Notes: generated by a model from the sequence alone, not told the origin. DNA of 64,000 nucleotides from Afipia felis (GCA_943371835.1 CALRWJ020000007.1:42564-106563); one strand, 5' to 3'; positions 15,476 through 31,390 are shown, counted from the first letter of the stretch. Program-made: numbers and translations.

Positions 15476-16588
15476 ATGCGCGTCGGCGTCCCCAAGGAAA
15501 TCAAGAAGAACGAGCACCGCATCGGCCTGACGCCGACCGCCGTGCGCGAATACGTGGCCCACGGTCACGACGTGACGGTCGAGGCCGGCGCCGGTCTGGG
15601 CGCCGGCTTCACCGACGCCGACTACAAGCGCGCGGGCGCCAAGCTGGCCTCCTCGGCCGCCGAGATCTTCGCGAACTCCGACATGATCGTGAAGGTCAAG
15701 GAGCCGCAGAAGGTCGAGTGGGAGATGCTGAAGAAGGACCAGATCCTCTTCACCTACCTGCACCTGGCGCCCGATCCGGAGCAGACGAAGGGGCTGATGG
15801 CCTCGGGTTGCGCCGCCGTGGCCTATGAGACCGTGACGGACGCCAAGGGCGGCCTGCCGCTGCTGGCGCCGATGTCCGAGGTCGCCGGTCGCATCGCCGT
15901 GTTTTCGGCCGCCGAGACCCTGCTGAAGCACAACGGCGGCATGGGCCTGCTCTTCTGCGGCGTGCCGGGCGTGGCCCCGGCGCGCGTGCTGGTGCTGGGC
16001 GGCGGCGTCGTCGGCCTGAACGCGGCGCGCATGGCGCTGGGCCTGGGAGCCGAGGTCGTGGTGCTGGAGCGCTCGATCCCGCGCATGGCCTACATCGACG
16101 AAGTGACCCAGGGCCGCGTCATCACCCGCTATTCCTCGATCGGCGCGATCGAGGAGGAGCTGGTCAAGGCCGACGTCATCATCGGCGCCGTGCTGGTCCC
16201 GGGCGCCGAGGCGCCCAAGCTGATCAAGCGCGAACACCTGAAGCAGATGAAGCCCGGCAGCGTGCTGGTCGACGTCGCCATCGACCAGGGCGGCTGCTTC
16301 GAGACGTCGAAGCCGACCACGCACGAGGACCCGACCTACGTCGTCGACGGCGTGGTGCACTATTGCGTCGCCAACATGCCCGGCGCCGCCCCGCGCACCT
16401 CGTCCGAGGCCCTGAACAACGCCACCCTGCCCTTCGGCCTGGCGCTGGCGGACGGCGGACTGGACGCGCTGAAGACCAACCCGCACCTGGCGCGCGGCCT
16501 TAACGTCCTGAACGGCGAACTGACCTACCCCGCCGTCGGCGAGGCCCTGGGCCTGAAGTGGAGCGACCCCTACGGCGTGTGGGGGTGA
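15476..16588 (+). CDS. ald: alanine dehydrogenase
   Basis: MRVGVPKEIKKNEHRIGLTP, VLVLGGGVVGLNAA, VDVAIDQGGC. Confidence 0.95.
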   Translation: MRVGVPKEIKKNEHRIGLTPTAVREYVAHGHDVTVEAGAGLGAGFTDADYKRAGAKLASSAAEIFANSDMIVKVKEPQKVEWEMLKKDQILFTYLHLAPDPEQTKGLMASGCAAVAYETVTDAKGGLPLLAPMSEVAGRIAVFSAAETLLKHNGGMGLLFCGVPGVAPARVLVLGGGVVGLNAARMALGLGAEVVVLERSIPRMAYIDEVTQGRVITRYSSIGAIEEELVKADVIIGAVLVPGAEAPKLIKREHLKQMKPGSVLVDVAIDQGGCFETSKPTTHEDPTYVVDGVVHYCVANMPGAAPRTSSEALNNATLPFGLALADGGLDALKTNPHLARGLNVLNGELTYPAVGEALGLKWSDPYGVWG

Positions 16589-16652
16589 AAGAGTCCCGTG
16601 GGCGGCCGCCGCGGCTCTCCACCCCGGCCGCCGACGGGTGTAGGCTCGCGGG

Positions 16653-17045
16653 ATGCCGCATCCCTTCCGCACGCCATCCGCGCTGATCTGCGCCGCGCTT
16701 GTGGGGGCGATGTCGGCTGTGTTCGTGCGCCCTGCGGCACCCGGCCCGACATGGGAGCAGGTGGCGGACTGCCAGGCCGTGGTCTGGAACCTGCAGCGCG
16801 CGGGGTTCAGGCGCGACGAGAGCGGCTCAGTTATTCCGATCGACCTGCGTCCCGACCTGACCGCTCTCGGGACCGAGATCTCTGCCAAAATCGACGCCGC
16901 GATCCCTCTGGACGAGGGCGAGTCGAAGGCTTTCAGGCTAGCGGAAGAGAGCGGTGAGCTGGATGCGCGCCGTGCCGCCGTCGAAGCCCTCTCGGCGCCG
17001 GAGCTCGAACGCCGCGCGGACCGGTGCAAGTCGGAATTGGGCTGA
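16653..17045 (+). CDS. hypothetical exported protein
   Basis: Signal-like N-terminus SALICAALVGAMSAVFV; high GC3; no recognised domain. Confidence 0.5.
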   Translation: MPHPFRTPSALICAALVGAMSAVFVRPAAPGPTWEQVADCQAVVWNLQRAGFRRDESGSVIPIDLRPDLTALGTEISAKIDAAIPLDEGESKAFRLAEESGELDARRAAVEALSAPELERRADRCKSELG

Positions 17046-17075
17046 CCTGTGATTCATCGCCCTTCTGGGGCATAA

Positions 17076-18200
<1,125 letters not shown>

Positions 18201-18247
18201 CCGCGACCTGTTAGGGCAGGTTTGAGCATAAGCCGGACGCGTCCCCT

Positions 18248-18904
18248 TTGAGCTTCTTCCACGCCGGACCCGCGCCCCGCGCCTTCGGCCCCCGCCCCGG
18301 GGCGCTGCGCGACGGCCTGCATCTGTCGCCCGGCATGCGCGTCGGCCTGTTCGGCGGCAGCTTCAATCCGGCGCACGACGGCCACGCCCACGTCGCCGAG
18401 ACGGCGCTGACGCGTCTGGGTCTGGACCGGGTGATCTGGCTGGTCTCGCCGCAGAATCCTCTCAAGGACCCCCGGGAGTCCGCCTCTCTGGCCGACCGGA
18501 TGGCCTCGGCGCGGCGCTGGGCGCGGGGGCCGGCCATGATCGTGTCCGACGTCGAGACGCGCATGGGCACCCGCTGGACCATCGACACCCTGCGCGCGCT
18601 GAAGGCGCGGCGTCCGGGCGTCGCCTTCGTCTGGCTGATGGGGTCCGACAATCTGGAGGGGTTCGACGCCTGGCGCGGCTGGACCGACATCATGCGGCTC
18701 ATGCCCGTGGCGGTGGTCGCGCGGCCCGGCAGCCTTCTCGAAAGCCGCGCCGCCCCCGCCGCCCGCCGCTTCGCCGGCGCCCGCGTCCCGGCCGAGCAGG
18801 CGCGGCTCTTGCCCGACATGGAGGCGCCCGCCTGGACCTATCTGTCCGCCCCGCTGAACCCGCGCTCGTCCACGGCGATCCGGGCCGCCCAGCGCGAGTC
18901 GTGA
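18248..18904 (+). CDS. nadD: nicotinate-nucleotide adenylyltransferase
   Basis: GLFGGSFNPAHDGH, SPQNPLK. Start uncertain (TTG 18248 or ATG 18335). Confidence 0.85.
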   Translation: MSFFHAGPAPRAFGPRPGALRDGLHLSPGMRVGLFGGSFNPAHDGHAHVAETALTRLGLDRVIWLVSPQNPLKDPRESASLADRMASARRWARGPAMIVSDVETRMGTRWTIDTLRALKARRPGVAFVWLMGSDNLEGFDAWRGWTDIMRLMPVAVVARPGSLLESRAAPAARRFAGARVPAEQARLLPDMEAPAWTYLSAPLNPRSSTAIRAAQRES

Positions 18905-18919
18905 CCGCGCGGGCCGTTC

Positions 18920-19420
18920 GTGCTAGGACGAGCTTCAAGTTCACCTGACCGGAGCCCTCAGCTGTCCCCGTCTTCCGCGCCCCGCGCGCCCGCCGTCTCC
19001 AACACGGCGCACGAGTCCGACCCCATTCCGCCGCTGCGTCCCGAGGACGGGACCGACGCCCCGCTGCCGGTCGGCACGACGCCGCTGGAACAGGCGATCC
19101 TGACCAAGCTCGACGACGACAAGGCCCAGGAGATCGTGCTGATCGACCTGAAGGGCAAATCCTCCATGTCCGACGCCATGATCGTGGCGTCCGGTCGGTC
19201 GCACCGCCACGTCGGCGCCCTGGCCGACCACCTGCTGCGCGTGCTCAAGGACCACGGCCTGGGCAAGGCGCGGGTCGAGGGCCTGCCGCACTGCGACTGG
19301 GTGCTGATCGACGCCGGCGACGTGATCGTCCACCTGTTCCGCCCGGAAGTCCGGTCCTTCTACAACATCGAGAAGATCTGGGCGGTCGACAGCGGCCACC
19401 GCCACGACGCGCGCGGCTGA
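18920..19420 (+). CDS. rsfS: ribosome silencing factor RsfS
   Basis: DAMIVASGRSHRHVGALADHL...DWVLIDAGDVIVHLFRPEVRSFYNIEKIW. The long Pro/Ser-rich N-terminus makes the start uncertain. Confidence 0.8.
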   Translation: MLGRASSSPDRSPQLSPSSAPRAPAVSNTAHESDPIPPLRPEDGTDAPLPVGTTPLEQAILTKLDDDKAQEIVLIDLKGKSSMSDAMIVASGRSHRHVGALADHLLRVLKDHGLGKARVEGLPHCDWVLIDAGDVIVHLFRPEVRSFYNIEKIWAVDSGHRHDARG

Positions 19421-19429
19421 CCTGAGCCG

Positions 19430-19894
19430 ATGAAGCTGGCGGTCGTCGCCATCGGCAAGCCGGGTCGCGGGCCCGAGGCGACGCTGGCCGCCGACTACGC
19501 CGAGCGCGCCACCTTGGCCGGACGCGCGCTGGGCCTGGGGCCCGTCGAGCTGATCGATCTGGAAGCGCGCAAGCCCGGAAAGGCGCCGGAGGCCGAACTG
19601 ATCCTGAAAGCGGCAGAGGGCGCGCACCTGATCGCCTGCGACGAGCGGGGCAAGACCTATTCCAGCCGGGCCTTCGCCGACCATCTGGCCGTGCTGCGCG
19701 ATCGCGGAGAGCGGCGGCTGGTCTTCGCCATCGGCGGCGCCGACGGGCTGGACGAAAGCGTGCGCGCCGCCGCCGCCTCGACCCTGGCCTTCGGGCCGCA
19801 GACCTGGCCGCATGCCCTGGCGCGCGCCATGCTGGCGGAGCAGATCTATCGCGCCGTGACCATCCTGGCCGGATCGCCCTATCATCGCGACTGA
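19430..19894 (+). CDS. rlmH: 23S rRNA (pseudouridine1915-N3)-methyltransferase RlmH
   Basis: SPOUT family with FAIGGADG...LAFGPQTWPH...EQIYRA. Confidence 0.9.
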   Translation: MKLAVVAIGKPGRGPEATLAADYAERATLAGRALGLGPVELIDLEARKPGKAPEAELILKAAEGAHLIACDERGKTYSSRAFADHLAVLRDRGERRLVFAIGGADGLDESVRAAAASTLAFGPQTWPHALARAMLAEQIYRAVTILAGSPYHRD

Positions 19895-20940
19895 TGCGTC
19901 GCCTCGCCCTGCCCGTCCTGACGGCCGTCCTGCTGGCGGCGGCGCCCGCGGCGGGCCTTCAGCCCGACGGCGCGGAGACGGCGCGCCTCCAGGCCCAGTA
20001 TCGTGACGCGGTGATCCGCCTGCGCCGGCTCGACGAGGACGCCGAGGCCGCCCGTCGCGCCGCAGAGGCGGCGCCGTCCGCCCCGATCTCGGCGACCACC
20101 GCCGACCGCGCCTCGCTGGACGCGGTCGCCGCGCGCGACGCCCCCCTGCTGGCCGAGCTGACCCGCCTGCGCGCGCTCCAGGGACGCCTGCTCACCGGGC
20201 TTCAGCGCCTGACGCGCCGCCCCCCGCCGCCGCTGATCGTGCCGGCGGCGCGAACGGTGCAGGCGCGGCGCGCGGGCCTTTTGATGCGCGAAGCGGCGGT
20301 GGCGCTGGAAGCGCGCGCCGATGCGGTGGAGACGCGCCGCGAGGCCCTGGCGCGCGAACGGCGCGGCGTGCTGCTGGCCCAGGCGCCCGCGCTGGCCGCC
20401 GACAGCGCGGCAGGCGACCGCGCCGCCGCAGAGGCCGATCGCGGCGCCGCCCGCCGGTCCCGCGCCGTCGTCCTGACCGCAGAGGCGCGCGCCGCCCGAT
20501 CCGAGGTCGCGGCGCTGGAGGCGCGCCTGCGCCGCCTCGGCGCGCCCGTGCCCGAGGTGCCCGCCGGGGCGACGGCCCGCGTCTCGGCCCTGCCCGGCGG
20601 ACTGGACCGCCTGACGGCGCCCGTCGAGGGCGCGCCCGACGTGCGCTTCGGACGCGAGGCGGCGGGCTGGCGCTGGGCTGGACGGGGCCAGACGGTGCGC
20701 GCCCCCGCACCGGGTCGCGTCGTCTTCGTCGGCCCGCACGAGGCCTGGGGCAGGATCGTGATCCTGGATCTGGGCCGGGGCTGGCACGCGGTGCTGCTGG
20801 GCGTGGACGCGCCGGCGGTGTCCGAAGGGCAGCGGGTCGAGGCCGGCGGCTCCCTGGGCGTGGCGCGCACCGGCGCCGCGATCCAGTTCGAGTTGCGGCG
20901 CGAGGAGACGCCGGTCGACCCGGCGCGCTTCCTGCCCTGA
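19894..20940 (+). CDS. EnvC-like murein hydrolase activator with a degenerate LytM (M23) domain
   Basis: Signal peptide, a long Ala/Arg coiled-coil region and a C-terminal LytM fold. The zinc ligands are missing (AAIQFE replaces HLHFE; no HxxxD). Confidence 0.8.
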   Translation: MRRLALPVLTAVLLAAAPAAGLQPDGAETARLQAQYRDAVIRLRRLDEDAEAARRAAEAAPSAPISATTADRASLDAVAARDAPLLAELTRLRALQGRLLTGLQRLTRRPPPPLIVPAARTVQARRAGLLMREAAVALEARADAVETRREALARERRGVLLAQAPALAADSAAGDRAAAEADRGAARRSRAVVLTAEARAARSEVAALEARLRRLGAPVPEVPAGATARVSALPGGLDRLTAPVEGAPDVRFGREAAGWRWAGRGQTVRAPAPGRVVFVGPHEAWGRIVILDLGRGWHAVLLGVDAPAVSEGQRVEAGGSLGVARTGAAIQFELRREETPVDPARFLP

Positions 20941-21082
20941 GGCGCGCGCCTGGGGAGAAGCCGCTGGCGTCGCCCGGATTACGCTGATTTTATCTCACAC
21001 GGCCCGGCGCGCCTTGTTTCCGCCGCGACGGGACCGATCATTCGACCTTCCCCTCCCTCGCGCGCCCGCGCGAACAGACGAC

Positions 21083-22441
21083 ATGCGAGACCCAATGCGA
21101 AAAGTCCTCATCGCCGGTTGCGCCGCCCTGGCCCTCGGCGGCGCCGCGGCCGTGGCGGTCGCCCAGACCCCGCGCAACGAAACCTTCCGCATGCTGGAGC
21201 TGTTCGGCGACGTCCTGGGCGTGGTGGAGCAGGCCTACGTCGTCCCCGTCGACAACAAGAAGCTGATCGAGGCGGCGCTGGGCGGCATGATGACCGCGCT
21301 GGACCCGCACTCGGCCTATCTGGCGCCCGACGGCTTCAAGGACCTGCGCGAGCGCACCGAGGGGCAGTATTCGGGCGTCGGCCTGACCATCAGCTCCGAG
21401 GCCGGACTGGTGAAGGTCATTTCGCCCATGGACGGCGGCCCCGCCGCGCGCGCGGGCGTGCAGGCGGGCGACGTCATCTCGACCATCAACGGCGTCAGCG
21501 CCGCAGGCCTCAGCGTCTCGGACGTGTCCGAAAAGCTGCGCGGCGCGCCCGGCACGGACGTCAGCGTCACCTTCCTGCGCGACGGCGCCGACCCGCTGGA
21601 GGTCACGCTGACGCGCGAGGTCATCAAGATCGAGTCGGTGACGGGCCGGATGGAGGGCGACTTCGGCGTCATCCGCATCTCGACCTTCGACGACAACACG
21701 GTGCGCGACCTGAACCGCGTCATCGGCGAGCTGAAGACCGCCAATCCGAACGTGAAGGGGTACGTCGTCGATCTGCGCAACAACGGCGGCGGCCTGCTCA
21801 CGGCCGCCATCGGCGTGTCCGACGCCTTCCTCGAGCGCGGCGAGATCGTCAGCCAGCGCGGTCGGCGCCCGGATCAGATCGACCGCTGGTCGGCCAAGCC
21901 CGGCGACCTGACCGACGGCAAGCCGCTGGTCGTTCTCGTCAACTACGGCTCGGCCTCGGCGTCCGAGATCGTGGCGGGGGCGCTGAAGGATCACCAGCGT
22001 GCGACGATCGTGGGCCTGACCAGCTTCGGCAAGGGTTCGGTGCAGACGGTCATCCCCCTGCGCGGCGGTCAGGACGGCGCCCTGTCGATCACCACGGCGC
22101 GCTACTACACGCCGTCCGGCGGCTCGATCCAGAAGATCGGCATCGAGCCGGATCTGGAGGTGTCGCGTTCGGCCGCCGAGGCGCGGATCGTGTCCCGCTC
22201 GTCCTTCGTCTATTCGGAGGCCGCCTACGCCAACTCGCTTGACGCCTCGATCGGCGCCGAGCGTCGCGGCCCGCACACGCCGCAGGAGGCGCCGGGCGAA
22301 GCCTATCCGGAAGACAAGGACTATCAGCTGGAGCGGGCCTTCGACGTGCTGCGCGCAGGCGGCGACCTGGCGGCCCTGGCGCCGGCGCCCGAGGGCGTCG
22401 TGGTCACGCCGCGCGAGCAGCGGAACGCCGCCCTGAACTGA
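21083..22441 (+). CDS. ctpA: carboxy-terminal processing protease (S41)
   Basis: PDZ region (GVQAGDVISTINGV) and S41 core (VVDLRNNGGGLL, NYGSASASEI, FGKGSVQ). Confidence 0.9.
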   Translation: MRDPMRKVLIAGCAALALGGAAAVAVAQTPRNETFRMLELFGDVLGVVEQAYVVPVDNKKLIEAALGGMMTALDPHSAYLAPDGFKDLRERTEGQYSGVGLTISSEAGLVKVISPMDGGPAARAGVQAGDVISTINGVSAAGLSVSDVSEKLRGAPGTDVSVTFLRDGADPLEVTLTREVIKIESVTGRMEGDFGVIRISTFDDNTVRDLNRVIGELKTANPNVKGYVVDLRNNGGGLLTAAIGVSDAFLERGEIVSQRGRRPDQIDRWSAKPGDLTDGKPLVVLVNYGSASASEIVAGALKDHQRATIVGLTSFGKGSVQTVIPLRGGQDGALSITTARYYTPSGGSIQKIGIEPDLEVSRSAAEARIVSRSSFVYSEAAYANSLDASIGAERRGPHTPQEAPGEAYPEDKDYQLERAFDVLRAGGDLAALAPAPEGVVVTPREQRNAALN

Positions 22442-22529
22442 GGTCAGACGGCGCATCATGGATAACGCCGCGTTAGGCTTTCTTAACCGGCGCCGCGCCA
22501 TGATCGAACCCGCAAGGGTGTGATCCGTC

Positions 22530-23717
22530 GTGACCATGTTCGCCAAACGCCAGTCCGCGCTCGCCGCCGCCGCGGGGCGCCCTCCCGAGCGCCGCAGCCT
22601 GTCGGCGCGCGTTCAGCCTCTGCTGCGGCTGTTCCGGCGTCCGCCGGTGGCCGTCGGGGCCTCGGCCGTCCTGCTGTTTTCGGCGGTGACCCTGTTCGTC
22701 GCCGTGCTGGGCGACCCCTCCGCCGCCAACCCGTCGGCCCGCACCGGCCTGAAGCGCGAAGCCCGGGTCGCCGCCCCGCCGCCGACCGGCCTGGAGGCCT
22801 TCACCGCCGGACTGGGCGGCGCCTATCAGGATCTGGCCGCGGACGGCGCGGCGGCCGGCGAGGCGACGATCACCCTGCCCGACGGCGCCAGCGTGGCCGG
22901 CGACGGCCCCGCCTTCACCGCGCCGCGCCTGACGACCGCCTCGCCGCTGGTCCAGGCGCCGATCGCCGGCCTGACCGAACCCGGTCCGCACGGCGTCCAG
23001 CCGATCATCGCCGCCGACGGGCGCGTGCCGGCCCAGGCCTATGCCCGGCCCTTCCGCCCCAACGGCAAGCCGCGCGTGGCCATGATCGTCGGCGGCCTGG
23101 GCCTGAACGCCGCCACCACGCGCGCGGCCATCGAGCGACTGCCCGCCGAGATCACGCTGAGCTTCGTGCCCTATGCCGAGGGCCTGCAGGGCTGGATCGA
23201 CCTGGCGCGGACCCATGGGCACGAGGTGATGCTGGAAATCCCGATGGAGCCCACCGGCTATCCCGACAACGACCCGGGCCCCTACACCCTGTTGGCGTCC
23301 GGCGGGGCCGCCGACGTGGAGGCCAAGCTGCCGTGGCTGCTGGGCCGCGCCACGGGCTATTTCGGCGTGATGAACTATCTGGGCGACCGGTTCATGGCGT
23401 CGGACGCGGGCTTCTCCAGCTTCCTGGGCGAACTGCGGCGGCGCGGCGTGGCCTTCGTCGACGACGGTCTGGCGCGCCGCCGACCCGGCGCCTGGGCGCG
23501 CGCCACCGCCGATCAGGTGGTGGACGAGGTCCAGTCCCCCGCCGCCATCATGGGCCGGCTGAACGCGGTGGAGGCTCTGGCCAAGCAGCGCGGCGGCGCC
23601 TTGGGGACCGGCTTCGGCTATCCCGTCACGGTCGAGGCGGTGGCCCGCTGGGCCGCCGGTCTGGACGCGCGAGGCCTGCAGCTGGCGCCGGCCAGCGCCA
23701 TGACCCGCGCCGGGTGA
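22530..23717 (+). CDS. divergent polysaccharide deacetylase family protein (YibQ-like)
   Basis: N-terminal TM; PRVAMIVGGLGLN...TLSFVPY...HEVMLEIPMEP. Confidence 0.8.
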   Translation: MTMFAKRQSALAAAAGRPPERRSLSARVQPLLRLFRRPPVAVGASAVLLFSAVTLFVAVLGDPSAANPSARTGLKREARVAAPPPTGLEAFTAGLGGAYQDLAADGAAAGEATITLPDGASVAGDGPAFTAPRLTTASPLVQAPIAGLTEPGPHGVQPIIAADGRVPAQAYARPFRPNGKPRVAMIVGGLGLNAATTRAAIERLPAEITLSFVPYAEGLQGWIDLARTHGHEVMLEIPMEPTGYPDNDPGPYTLLASGGAADVEAKLPWLLGRATGYFGVMNYLGDRFMASDAGFSSFLGELRRRGVAFVDDGLARRRPGAWARATADQVVDEVQSPAAIMGRLNAVEALAKQRGGALGTGFGYPVTVEAVARWAAGLDARGLQLAPASAMTRAG

Positions 23718-23802
23718 CGACCCACCCCTAGGATCATGGGGGCCGAGCGCCTATGTAACAGCGTCTCTTACTGACCCTGCTCGCCCGATCGGCGCCCGCT
23801 TC

Positions 23803-24279
23803 ATGCCCGCAGACCTGTCGCTTTATCGCCCGAACGTCGGCGTCGTCCTGTTCGACAGGACGGGGCGCGTCTGGCTGGGCCATCGCGCCCACACGCCGGG
23901 GCCGTGGCGCTGGCAGTTTCCCCAAGGCGGCGTCGACGACGGCGAGGATCTGGAGGTCGCCGCCCGGCGCGAGCTGGCCGAGGAGACCGGCGTCACCTCG
24001 GTGGAGTTCCTGGACCGCACGCCCGACTGGATCGCCTACGACTTCCCGCCCGACCTGGGCGGCCCGCGCGCCAAGTGGGGTCACAAGGGTCAGAAGCAGA
24101 TCTGGTTCGCCTATCGTTTCACCGGCGACGACGCCGAAGTCGATCTGAACGCCCACGGCGAGCCGGAATTCGACGCCTGGCGCTGGGCCGCCCTGGCCGA
24201 GACGCCCGACCTGATCGTGCCTTTCAAGCGCCGGGTCTACGAGCAGGTGCTCGACGCCTTCGGCCGCTACGCCGCCTGA
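23803..24279 (+). CDS. rppH: RNA pyrophosphohydrolase (Nudix)
   Basis: YRPNVGVVLF...WQFPQGG and the Nudix box GEDLEVAARRELAEETGV. Confidence 0.9.
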   Translation: MPADLSLYRPNVGVVLFDRTGRVWLGHRAHTPGPWRWQFPQGGVDDGEDLEVAARRELAEETGVTSVEFLDRTPDWIAYDFPPDLGGPRAKWGHKGQKQIWFAYRFTGDDAEVDLNAHGEPEFDAWRWAALAETPDLIVPFKRRVYEQVLDAFGRYAA

Positions 24280-24283
24280 AACG

Positions 24284-24314
24284 AAAACGGCCGCCCCTTT
24301 CGGAGCGGCCGTTT
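24284..24314. terminator. bidirectional terminator between rppH and atpC
   Basis: AACGGCCGC-N10-GCGGCCGTT with A/T flanks. Confidence 0.7.
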
Positions 24315-24336
24315 CCAAGCCCAGAGCCGACGCCGA

Positions 24337-24606
24337 TCAGGCCTCGGTCAGTTCCTGCGCGCGTTCAGCCAGGATGGTCAGGCCGGCCGGCGTCACGTCG
24401 GCGAAGCCGCCGTGCACGTCGAACCGGCGGCGCGAGCCCCCGTCGATCACGGTGACGACGCCTTCCTTCAGCGCCGTCATGAACGGCGCGTGGTCGGCCA
24501 GGACGCCGAAGTCGCCCTCGACGCCCGGGGCGTCGACCTGGTCCACCAGGCCCGCGAAGACCTCGCGTTCCGGAGACACCAGCGAGAAGTTCAGCTTGCC
24601 CGCCAT
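24337..24606 (-). CDS. atpC: F1 ATP synthase epsilon subunit, short form (89 aa)
   Basis: Beta-sandwich domain [11 protein letters not shown]...[16 protein letters not shown] only. No C-terminal helical hairpin. Confidence 0.85.
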   Translation of the reverse strand: MAGKLNFSLVSPEREVFAGLVDQVDAPGVEGDFGVLADHAPFMTALKEGVVTVIDGGSRRRFDVHGGFADVTPAGLTILAERAQELTEA

Positions 24607-24609
24607 GGA

Positions 24610-27085
<2,476 letters not shown>

Positions 27086-27118
27086 CGGGCGCTACTCTTT
27101 CAGCTTCCGGGGGTCAGA

Positions 27119-29279
<2,161 letters not shown>

Positions 29280-29460
29280 TTGAATCCGTCCGGATGATGC
29301 GTTCGGGGCGTGGACGGCGGCGATCTCTCGCTCCGACCAAGGGCCTGAAATGCTTGAAGAAAGCACACAGGAAACGCGTCTAGGGACGACGTTTCCCGCT
29401 CAGCCGGGCGCCGGATAGCACCTTAACCCCCAAACCGCAACCGAGGCCGGGGGTCGCGGA

Positions 29461-30417
29461 TCAGTGCGCGGCGCCGTCCGCGCCCTTGCGCTTCGGGATC
29501 AGGTGCAGGACCGCAACCACCGCAGCGCCGGCGACCAGGCCGACCAGCGCCGAAGCCGCCGCCGTCGCCGCCCAGCCCGTGATCGCGCCGACGCCCGGCA
29601 CGCCGCCGGCCCAGTGACCCACGCGCTCCACCAGACCCGGGATCGGGCCGAAGTGATATTCATGCATCCCGTGCACCAGGATTCCGCCGCCGACCCACAG
29701 CATGGCCACGGTGCCGACGTCGGCCAGCACCTCCAGCACCGTCGGCATGGCCTTGACCAGACCACGGCCCAGCGCCTGCGAGGACTTCGCCTCGCGCTTG
29801 GCCAGATGCAGGCCGATGTCGTCCATCTTCACGATCAGGGCGACCACGCCATAGACGCCGACCGTGACCAGCAGCCCCGTGATCGCCAGCGCCGCCGCCT
29901 GCACGCCCAGCGGGCGGCCCGCGAGGTCGGCCAGGGCGATGGCCGTGATCTCGGCCGACAGGATCAGGTCGGTGCGGATCGCCGATCCCACCATCTCCTT
30001 CTCCCGCTCGGGCGAGCCTTGCGCCAGCTCGTCCTCGTCGACCGCGTCGCCGTGACCGTGCCCGCTGATCGCGCCCCAGATCTTCTCGGTCGCCTCGAAC
30101 GCCAGATAGGTCCCGCCCAGCATCAGGATCGGCGTCAGCGCCCATGGCGCGAAGGCGCTGATCACAAGCGCGCCGGGCAGCAGCAGCAGGAACTTGTTCC
30201 GCAACGACCCGATCGCGATCTTGCGGATGATCGGCAGCTCGCGCTCGGGTGAAAAGCCCATGGCGTAGCCGGGCGTCACGGCGGTGTCGTCGATCACCAC
30301 CCCGGCCGCCTTGGCGCTGGCGCGGCCCGCGGCGGCGGAGACGTCGTCGACCGAGGCGGCGGCCATCTTGGCGATGGCGGCGACGTCGTCGAGAAGGGCG
30401 GCCAGACCTGAGGGCAC
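29461..30417 (-). CDS. DUF808 (YedI-like) inner-membrane protein
   Basis: LLDDVAAIAKMAA...VIDDTAVTP...ELPIIRKIAIGSLRNKF. Confidence 0.8.
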   Translation of the reverse strand: MPSGLAALLDDVAAIAKMAAASVDDVSAAAGRASAKAAGVVIDDTAVTPGYAMGFSPERELPIIRKIAIGSLRNKFLLLLPGALVISAFAPWALTPILMLGGTYLAFEATEKIWGAISGHGHGDAVDEDELAQGSPEREKEMVGSAIRTDLILSAEITAIALADLAGRPLGVQAAALAITGLLVTVGVYGVVALIVKMDDIGLHLAKREAKSSQALGRGLVKAMPTVLEVLADVGTVAMLWVGGGILVHGMHEYHFGPIPGLVERVGHWAGGVPGVGAITGWAATAAASALVGLVAGAAVVAVLHLIPKRKGADGAAH

Positions 30418-30533
30418 ACGTCACCTGCGGGGTTGCGAAGACCGACAGCTAGGCGAGGCGGCGCGCGGGGTCCAGCGCGGGGTGCGACGACCTGTCACTT
30501 CGGCCCGTCGCCCGGCGTCGCTACGCAGGTCGG

Positions 30534-31334
30534 ATGCAAGACATCACCGTTCTTCTGTCCGATCCCGCCGCCTGGGCCGCCCTCGTGACCCTGGTGGTCA
30601 TGGAGGTCGTGCTGGGCATCGACAATCTGATCTTCATCTCGATTCTGTCGAACAAGCTGCCCGAGCATCAGCGCCAGCGCGTGCGCCGCATCGGCATCGG
30701 CCTGGCCCTGATCATGCGCCTGGCGCTGCTGTCGATCATCGCCTGGCTGGTCGGCCTGGTGAACCCGGTCTTCGACCTGGGCATCGTCGGCCCCATCGGC
30801 GAACATGGCGAGCCGGCGTTCGAAACCGCGTTCAGCTGGAAGGACCTGATCCTGATCGCCGGCGGCCTGTTCCTGGTGTGGAAGGCGACGAAGGAGATCC
30901 ACCACACCGTCGACCCCGCCCCGACGCACGACGTCATGGACGCCAAGCACGTGGCCATCACCAACGCCGGCGCCGCCATCTTCCAGATCATCCTGCTGGA
31001 CCTGGTGTTCTCGATCGACTCGATCCTGACCGCGGTCGGCATGACCGATCACCTGCCGATCATGGTCGTGGCGGTGCTGGTGGCCGTGGCCGTCATGCTG
31101 CTGGCCGCCGATCCGCTGGCGAACTTCATCAACGCCAATCCGACGGTCGTGATGCTGGCGCTCGGCTTCCTGCTGATGATCGGCATGGTGCTGATCGCCG
31201 ACGGCTTCGGGGTGCACGTGCCAAAGGGCTACATCTACGCCGCCATGGGCTTCTCCGCCGGGGTCGAGGCGCTGAACATGTGGGGTCGCCGCTCGGCCGC
31301 GAAGAAGGCGGCGGCGGGCGACGGCGGGCACTGA
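30534..31334 (+). CDS. TerC family integral membrane protein
   Basis: [15 protein letters not shown] and [15 protein letters not shown], the duplicated TerC motifs. Confidence 0.85.
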   Translation: MQDITVLLSDPAAWAALVTLVVMEVVLGIDNLIFISILSNKLPEHQRQRVRRIGIGLALIMRLALLSIIAWLVGLVNPVFDLGIVGPIGEHGEPAFETAFSWKDLILIAGGLFLVWKATKEIHHTVDPAPTHDVMDAKHVAITNAGAAIFQIILLDLVFSIDSILTAVGMTDHLPIMVVAVLVAVAVMLLAADPLANFINANPTVVMLALGFLLMIGMVLIADGFGVHVPKGYIYAAMGFSAGVEALNMWGRRSAAKKAAAGDGGH

Positions 31335-31356
31335 CGCCCGTCGCCACGTCGAACTG

Positions 31357-31390
31357 AAAAAGGCCCCCTCCGGCGACGGAGGGGGCCTTT
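31357..31390. terminator. bidirectional intrinsic terminator (TerC gene / amidohydrolase operon)
   Basis: AAAAA-GGCCCCCTCCG-GCGA-CGGAGGGGGCC-TTT. Confidence 0.8.

Noticed and set aside
30418-30533. A yybP-ykoY (Mn2+) riboswitch or a Pho box upstream of the TerC-family gene.
   Set aside because: I could not find the conserved GGGGAGUAG or CUUGACA-type cores of yybP-ykoY. Only a single CTGTCAC half-site (30492-30498) is present, with no phased partner.
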